From positions 1 through 13,041 of the forward strand of contig JBFXGD010000097.1 of assembly GCA_050178385.1 (NCBI GenBank): 13,041 bases of DNA. The letters are read 5' to 3'. The stretch is from Calditrichaceae bacterium. GTDB taxonomy: Bacteria > Calditrichota > Calditrichia > Calditrichales > JBFXGD01. Below the pieces are notes generated by a model. It was not told where the DNA came from and searched no databases. It was given only the letters and a program-made list of their open reading frames with translations. Made by a program: the position numbers and the translations under genes. This document shows positions 7,778-13,041 of this stretch, one piece after another (the first letter of the stretch is position 1; each line of letters starts with the position of its first letter).

Positions 7778-9196
7778 TTATGCTTTTGGATGAATGTTCT
7801 GATTCATACGGAACAGATTCCCGGGATCGTATTTACTCTTGATTTCGGCTAACCGCTGATAGTTCCCGCGATAGGTCGCCTGGATCCTTTCATCACCTTC
7901 TTCCATCATAAAATTCACATACGCGCCGCCAGATGAGTGCGGGTGAAGAGCGTTCCAGTACTGTTTTACCCATTCTTTGTTTTTAGGGGTATCCTTTGGG
8001 TCAGGATACATGGCGGCAATGACGTGAACGTATTCAGCATCGCGGTAGCTATAGGCGGATTTATCTTTTCCGACTTTTTGCGCGGCTCCCGAGACCGGAT
8101 AAATATGGAGCGCGGAGTTGAATGTCGGAATATCCGGGCCATACTTAACATGCGCGGCGATGACTTCATCGGAAAGTTCGTTCACAAAATCCGCTTTCCA
8201 ATAGTGCTGTAAACCCTTAGGTACCAGTCCATCAAACGCGCTGTTGAGCGCGGGATAAGGCATCGGCCCCACATTTTCTAACAGAGGTGGCCCAAATTCA
8301 CGCAGCGGTTGAACATCCTTCTCGGCCTGATCCAATGGCCCCGTGTGGCAGCAAACTACGCCGCAGACCTTTTTATTGTGCAAATGTTCAGGAAATGGCG
8401 GGCCGGGCGGGACAATCAGAAACGCAAAAAAGGCATTCATGCTTTCCGGAGCTTTTTTCATAAAATCACGATAAAAACGCATGGCTTCCGTCGATTTATC
8501 CAGATCCCAGAATATCGGACCGGCATAGACCGTACTGACCGGATGAAGCCTGAATTCAAATGATGTGACAATTCCGAAATTTCCACCTCCACCTTGTACG
8601 GCCCAAAAAAGATCGGCATTCTGTTCATTATTTACCTTTAAGAGACGTCCATCCGCGGTTACGATATCCACCGATATCAGATTATCGCAAGAAAGCCCGT
8701 GTTTTCTTGTCAGATGACCGATACCGCCTCCTAATGTTAATCCGCCGATCCCGGTTGTCGATATAATACCACCCGGCGTGGCCAAACCGAAGACATGAGT
8801 CGCGTGATCCAAATCTCCCCAGGTCGCCCCTCCCTCAACCCTGGCTGTTTTCCGCTCAGGATCGACATGAATCCCTTTCATGTTTGAAAGATCAATAACG
8901 ATTCCGCCATCACAGACGCTGAATCCGGCCACGTTATGGGCTCCACCCCTGACAGCAACAAGCATATCATTTTTGCGGGCAAAATTGACAGACAAAATAA
9001 CATCCGCCGTGTCAGCACACTCTGCTACTAATAGCGGACTTTTGTCAATCATGGCGTTGTACACTTTCCTGGCGTCGTCGTATCCGGGATCTGACCGGCC
9101 TATCAGGTCTCCCCGTAATGTGTTCTTGAATTCAAGAATCTGGTTATTGTCCGGAGCCTTGATGACGGATCCGGACATTGTTTTAGTTGTATCCAT
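7778..9196 (-). CDS. FAD-linked oxidoreductase, VAO/PCMH fold with a BBE C-terminal domain (6-hydroxy-D-nicotine oxidase-like)
   Basis: RGGAHN (candidate covalent-FAD His), GIGGLTLGGGIG, DLFWAVQGGGGNFGIVT, YVNF and KYDPGNLFRMNQNI. AAGGGGG RBS. Confidence 0.9.
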   Translation of the reverse strand: MDTTKTMSGSVIKAPDNNQILEFKNTLRGDLIGRSDPGYDDARKVYNAMIDKSPLLVAECADTADVILSVNFARKNDMLVAVRGGAHNVAGFSVCDGGIVIDLSNMKGIHVDPERKTARVEGGATWGDLDHATHVFGLATPGGIISTTGIGGLTLGGGIGHLTRKHGLSCDNLISVDIVTADGRLLKVNNEQNADLFWAVQGGGGNFGIVTSFEFRLHPVSTVYAGPIFWDLDKSTEAMRFYRDFMKKAPESMNAFFAFLIVPPGPPFPEHLHNKKVCGVVCCHTGPLDQAEKDVQPLREFGPPLLENVGPMPYPALNSAFDGLVPKGLQHYWKADFVNELSDEVIAAHVKYGPDIPTFNSALHIYPVSGAAQKVGKDKSAYSYRDAEYVHVIAAMYPDPKDTPKNKEWVKQYWNALHPHSSGGAYVNFMMEEGDERIQATYRGNYQRLAEIKSKYDPGNLFRMNQNIHPKA

Positions 9197-9353
9197 TGAT
9201 GTTCCCCCTTTTTGGTTGGTTTGGTAATTGTTTTTAAATCTTATCAGACAAGAATTTCAATTGACCGGGGGGGATCATTATAAAATTGAATTATTTCTGA
9301 CGCAGATGTGTAACATAACGATGATCTGATATAAATTAATCCTGATGATTAAT

Positions 9354-10304
9354 TCAAGAGGTGTTTCTCATAATCAGATTTGGTTCACGGTTCACGGTAA
9401 ACTTAAACACATCCGGTCTGGCGTAATGCCCGGCAACATCCAAAATCCATTTTGATGCCGGAATAAGATTGAGATCTATTTCAGCGAGAATAAGCTCTTC
9501 CTTCATATTCACCGGTCCGGCGATAATTTTTCCGTCAGGACTGATAACGCAGCTGTTTCCGGGATTGATCCATTCTTTTTCCTGAGAATATAACCGCTTA
9601 AATTCATACTGATCGGGTATATCATTGATATGAAGGGGCATACAGCAGCCGATGACAAACATTCCGCCTTCTTTTGCGATGTGACGAAGAGAAGCAAGCC
9701 AGGTTTCGCCTGAATCCCATGTGGGAGCGACATATATTTGAGTCCCTGCTGCGTACATGGCGTTGCGGGCAAGCGGCATATAATTTTCCCAGCAGATTAA
9801 CCCGCCGAGCTTTCCAAAAGGTGTATCATAGACATCAAGAGTGCTGCCATCTCCCTGCGCCCAGACAAGCCGCTCACCGCCGGTTGGTACCAGTTTCCGG
9901 TGTTTTCCCATAATTTGACCCGATGAATCGATATACAGGATGGTATTATACAGGCTGGCGTTGCTGGCATCCGAATTTCGTTCATTGATTCCCATAGCCA
10001 CATAAATTTTAGCGTTTTTGGCCGCCCGGCATAATTTATTGGTGGATTCATCCGGAATGGAAACCGCGTTCTCTATCAATCGCGCGTAAAGATCATTCAA
10101 TAACGCTTTCTTTCCGCCGGGGACAGTCCAAACCCAATCGGGATAGGCCGGTATGAAGGCCTCAGGAAAGACTATAAGTGACGCGCCTTGCCGACCCGCC
10201 TCCCCTATAAGATCACATGCTTTATCCACCGTAGCTTTCCGGTCAAGAAAAACCGGTGTCGCCCGGGCAGCGGCAATTTTAAAGATGTTGTTTATCTGGC
10301 CCAT
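9354..10304 (-). CDS. Nitrilase (carbon-nitrogen hydrolase, branch 1)
   Basis: Catalytic triad FPE / HRKLVPT / ICWENY, plus WAQGDGS and DVAGHYARPDVF. The start is corrected to ATG 10304, with GAAGGA upstream. Confidence 0.9.
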   Translation of the reverse strand: MGQINNIFKIAAARATPVFLDRKATVDKACDLIGEAGRQGASLIVFPEAFIPAYPDWVWTVPGGKKALLNDLYARLIENAVSIPDESTNKLCRAAKNAKIYVAMGINERNSDASNASLYNTILYIDSSGQIMGKHRKLVPTGGERLVWAQGDGSTLDVYDTPFGKLGGLICWENYMPLARNAMYAAGTQIYVAPTWDSGETWLASLRHIAKEGGMFVIGCCMPLHINDIPDQYEFKRLYSQEKEWINPGNSCVISPDGKIIAGPVNMKEELILAEIDLNLIPASKWILDVAGHYARPDVFKFTVNREPNLIMRNTS

Positions 10305-10472
10305 AGTAATATCCTTCAAATGATTTATGACAATAAAAATACTCCATTTTAATTCTCTCAAGGCGGGAAAATGGTCGGTCGTTTGGCCTTTGGCATACAT
10401 TTAACCCATAATTCCGGGCGCCTATTTCATGCAAGTAATTAAAATTCGATATCATTGTCCTTACAGATCCGA

Positions 10473-11909
10473 TCAGGTCAGGTTTAAAGCCCGAAGTTTG
10501 ATTACAAACCGTATACCCGAAGGTGAAATATTCTCCACGGCAATCGTTCCGTCCATGGCGCTAATAATTGACCTCACCAGGCTTAGCCCGAGTCCATTCC
10601 CTTCGATGTTTTCTGACAATGAATGACTACCGCGGTAAAAACGTTCGAAGATCATCTCTTTTTCGTCATCCGGTATTCCGCAACCATTATCTTCAACAGA
10701 GAACACAACATGCGAGTTTTCCTTATGGGCGCGGATCACGATAATCGGATGATCTTGTGCGTATTTGATGGCGTTATTGATCAGATTCTGAATGACAAGC
10801 GAGAAATAATCCTTATTCCCACGCAGATGAATGCCATTTTCAATATCATAGGAGATATTCTGATTTTTATAATAGTTCCTTATATCCAGATCGATAAGTT
10901 TTGATAAATTAAAAACGCTCTTTTTGTCGGCGAAATCATTGCAGTCCTTTGCGAGAAACAGCATGGTCTGTACAATATGAATCATCCGATAGGACTGTTC
11001 ACGCAGAGTCGAGATAGATTCTTTACAATTGCCCTCCATATCGGTATGCCTCCTCATATAATCCACTTCGGTCTTAAAAACTGTCAGTGGAGACAAAAGC
11101 TGATGAGATGCGTTATCGGTAAAATCCGCTATTTGTCTGATCTGCGCTTCAAGTCTGTCAAACAGGTGATTCAATGTATCCCTGAGACGCCCCATCTCAT
11201 CATGAGGATCGGCTTCATACTGCAGACGTTCTTTTAAATTGTTGGCGGAAATACGTTTGGCCACATTGATAATTTTATTAATCGGCGCGAAACTTTTTTT
11301 TGCTAGAATAATACTGATTATGATGATAATAATCAGTGTAACGGGAAAAGTAAGAACATTAAATAGAATCAGATTTCTTGTGATCTGATAGGCGCTTGAT
11401 TTTGGCGCCGCCAGTTGAAGATACGCGACAAAATTCCCCTGTATATTATAGATTTTCTGATAACCGATCCGTAAACCATTCTCATTTGATGCTCTGTTCT
11501 CAAAGACAATATATTGGGATTCGCTCTTCGGGAATTGCGGTATGATTTCAATATAACCGGCGATATTCATACTTTGAATTAATAAATTGCCGTTTGTGTC
11601 ATACACCTGGAGAAAAAACGGGTTCTCCGTAATCCCTGTCAGATCCGATTCCATAAGCTCCCTTGGATTGGTAATGATAAGCGAATCCTGGTCAAAATAG
11701 AACGCGTTCATAAAATGTTCAGTCTCGTGTGTGATACGGGTATCGAGGCTTTTCTCAAGCTGGCGATCCAGTACAAGGATGGAGAATACATTAAACATCA
11801 GATATAATCCGACCATCACCGCGATATTCCAGGCGGCGTCACGGATAACGGTTTTAGTAAAAAGTGGTTTTCTAAATTCAATCCGCAATGAATATATATC
11901 CTTCACCAT
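10473..11909 (-). CDS. Membrane sensor histidine kinase (2 TM, periplasmic domain, HAMP, HisKA, HATPase)
   Basis: H-box ASHQLLSPL, N-box NLINNAIKY, DNGCGI, IFERFYRG and GNGLGL. The start is uncertain: TTG 11888, overlapping the regulator stop, is an alternative. Confidence 0.92.
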   Translation of the reverse strand: MVKDIYSLRIEFRKPLFTKTVIRDAAWNIAVMVGLYLMFNVFSILVLDRQLEKSLDTRITHETEHFMNAFYFDQDSLIITNPRELMESDLTGITENPFFLQVYDTNGNLLIQSMNIAGYIEIIPQFPKSESQYIVFENRASNENGLRIGYQKIYNIQGNFVAYLQLAAPKSSAYQITRNLILFNVLTFPVTLIIIIIISIILAKKSFAPINKIINVAKRISANNLKERLQYEADPHDEMGRLRDTLNHLFDRLEAQIRQIADFTDNASHQLLSPLTVFKTEVDYMRRHTDMEGNCKESISTLREQSYRMIHIVQTMLFLAKDCNDFADKKSVFNLSKLIDLDIRNYYKNQNISYDIENGIHLRGNKDYFSLVIQNLINNAIKYAQDHPIIVIRAHKENSHVVFSVEDNGCGIPDDEKEMIFERFYRGSHSLSENIEGNGLGLSLVRSIISAMDGTIAVENISPSGIRFVIKLRALNLT

Positions 11910-12546
11910 AAATGGTTTTGATAAATTTTTTACCGCAATGTGCTTCCAGTTTTTTGCGCAGATTTTTTACGGTAGCTTCGATAAAATTTGTGACAGGCTG
12001 GAAGTCGATATCCCACACATCAGATGAGAGTTGTTCCTTGCTGATAATGATATTTTTGTTCTCAAGCAGATATTTAAGGAGTTCAAATTCCATCTCCGGT
12101 AATTTGATTTCGTCATCCGGTGTTTTTAATGTTCTGTGCAGCAAATCAAGTTCAAAATCACCAAAATATATCTTGCTGTTACCGAAGTTATTTCTTCTGG
12201 TGACGGCCGCAATTCGCGCGATGATTTCCTCAACCGAAAATGGTTTAGTGATATAATCGTCAGCGCCGAGATTGAGCGCCTCGACTTTGTTGGAAAGATC
12301 AGAGAGGGCCGTCAACAGCAGTATGGGGATATCGTTTCCGGAGTCTCTCAAATTCTTGCATACTTCGATCCCGTTTAGCCGGGGCATTCTCCAATCCAGC
12401 AGAACAGCGTCAAACCGCTTGTTTTTTATCAGCTCAAGCGTTTCTCCGCCGTCAAAAGCCAGAGTAACTTTGTATCCTTCGGCTTCGATGCTTTTTTTTA
12501 ACGATCGGGCGATTTGTTTTTCGTCATCAGCGATGAGGATATGCAT
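11878..12546 (-). CDS. OmpR/PhoB-family response regulator
   Basis: ILIADDE, LLDWRMP (phospho-Asp), LLTA, GADDYITKPF, and a winged helix with LRKKL and TIYGEGY. Confidence 0.95.
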   Translation of the reverse strand: MHILIADDEKQIARSLKKSIEAEGYKVTLAFDGGETLELIKNKRFDAVLLDWRMPRLNGIEVCKNLRDSGNDIPILLLTALSDLSNKVEALNLGADDYITKPFSVEEIIARIAAVTRRNNFGNSKIYFGDFELDLLHRTLKTPDDEIKLPEMEFELLKYLLENKNIIISKEQLSSDVWDIDFQPVTNFIEATVKNLRKKLEAHCGKKFIKTIYGEGYIFIAD

Positions 12547-12604
12547 AGAATAATCCTACGGAGTTTAGTTTATGGAACGTGTGTTCAGCAAAGTTCCATT
12601 CCTG

Positions 12605-12628
12605 AATAATGAAAAATTTTTCATTATT
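12605..12628. promoter_or_regulatory. Perfect 24-bp palindrome, candidate operator in a divergent promoter region
   Basis: AATAATGAAAAATTTTTCATTATT is its own reverse complement. Confidence 0.6.
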
Positions 12629-12727
12629 GTTTTCTTCCATTACTGATTATTGGGGTCTATATTGACTATGGTTAATCATCTTTATGATTTTATTTGGGAA
12701 GTATTAACATATCGAGGGGGAGGACCT

Positions 12728-13041
12728 ATGCGTAAAAAGTTACTGCTTTTTTGTATGACCTTTATATTATTCCTGATATTTGACTCCGATAAAATTGTGA
12801 TTGCTCAGGACTATGTGGGCTCCAATACCTGTATTGGCTGTCATACAGGCTTAACGCCTGATATTGTCAATGAATATCAGAAAACAGGGCATCCATACAA
12901 ATTGAATCCGGTGACAGGCGGACCGCCAGTCTATCCGGAGAACACAAGCCCGGGGGTTCCCGATCCGCCTGCCGGCACCACATGGGATGATGTCGCGTAT
13001 GTGATTGGCGGATACGGTTGGAAGGCAAGATGGGTGAAGAC
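12728..13041 (+). CDS. Exported c-type cytochrome, probably multiheme; only the N-terminal part is in the window
   Basis: Not in the ORF track. A strong GAGGGGGAGGA RBS precedes MRKKLLLFCMTFILFLIFDSDKIVIAQDYVGSNTCIGCHTGLTPDIVNEYQKTGHPYKLNPV...WDDVAYVIGGYGWKARWVK. It has a signal peptide and YVGSxxCxxCH (heme site 12830-12844), and the frame is open to the window end. Confidence 0.85.
   Translation, partial: MRKKLLLFCMTFILFLIFDSDKIVIAQDYVGSNTCIGCHTGLTPDIVNEYQKTGHPYKLNPVTGGPPVYPENTSPGVPDPPAGTTWDDVAYVIGGYGWKARWVK

Noticed and set aside
1475..10400. ORF-track N-terminal extensions for the GNAT protein, argF, hslU, hslV, DUF1848 and nitrilase
   Set aside because: Family-like sequence begins at downstream starts, which mostly have good SD sequences. 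The extensions overlap a terminator, a neighbouring gene or intergenic DNA.
10393..10407. GG-N10-GC on the minus strand upstream of the nitrilase (GGTTAAATGTATGC)
   Set aside because: The spacing is right, but the flanking bases match TGGCAC-N5-TTGC poorly; likely chance.
629..12553. About 20 short alternative-frame or antisense ORFs in the track (e.g. 5541-6044, 3977-4339, 8880-9227, 11912-12256, 7330-7575)
   Set aside because: All lie within, or largely overlap, well-supported genes and show no recognisable motifs. They are shadow ORFs.
1..13041. CRISPR array, tRNA/rRNA, IS element or integrase
   Set aside because: No regularly spaced repeats, cloverleaf, terminal inverted repeats or transposase/integrase ORF were seen by eye. 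All intergenic gaps are under 250 bp.

Overview
AT-rich bacterial chromosomal window with mostly minus-strand genes. The gene styles suggest an FCB-group organism such as Calditrichota or Ignavibacteria, but this is inference only. From left to right: a truncated Wzx-like flippase, a Fem/GNAT-fold transferase, argF, hslU, hslV, rpoN (sigma-54), a DUF1848 protein with a C-terminal radical-SAM-like CxxxCxxC, a divergent Tat/lipoprotein HiPIP, a BBE-like FAD oxidoreductase, a nitrilase, a HAMP sensor kinase with an OmpR-family regulator, and a divergent truncated c-type cytochrome. The flippase and the cytochrome are missing from the ORF track, and several ORF-track starts are over-extended and corrected here. 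Three intrinsic terminators are visible. The most notable signals are (1) a reverse-oriented sigma-54-like GG-N10-GT site over the predicted start of a sigma-70-type rpoN promoter, (2) a perfect 24-bp palindrome plus other dyads between the two-component system and the cytochrome, (3) a lipid-anchored HiPIP with an RK Tat variant and two extra Cys, and (4) an OTCase that resembles plant OTCs. No mobile element, CRISPR array or RNA gene was seen.
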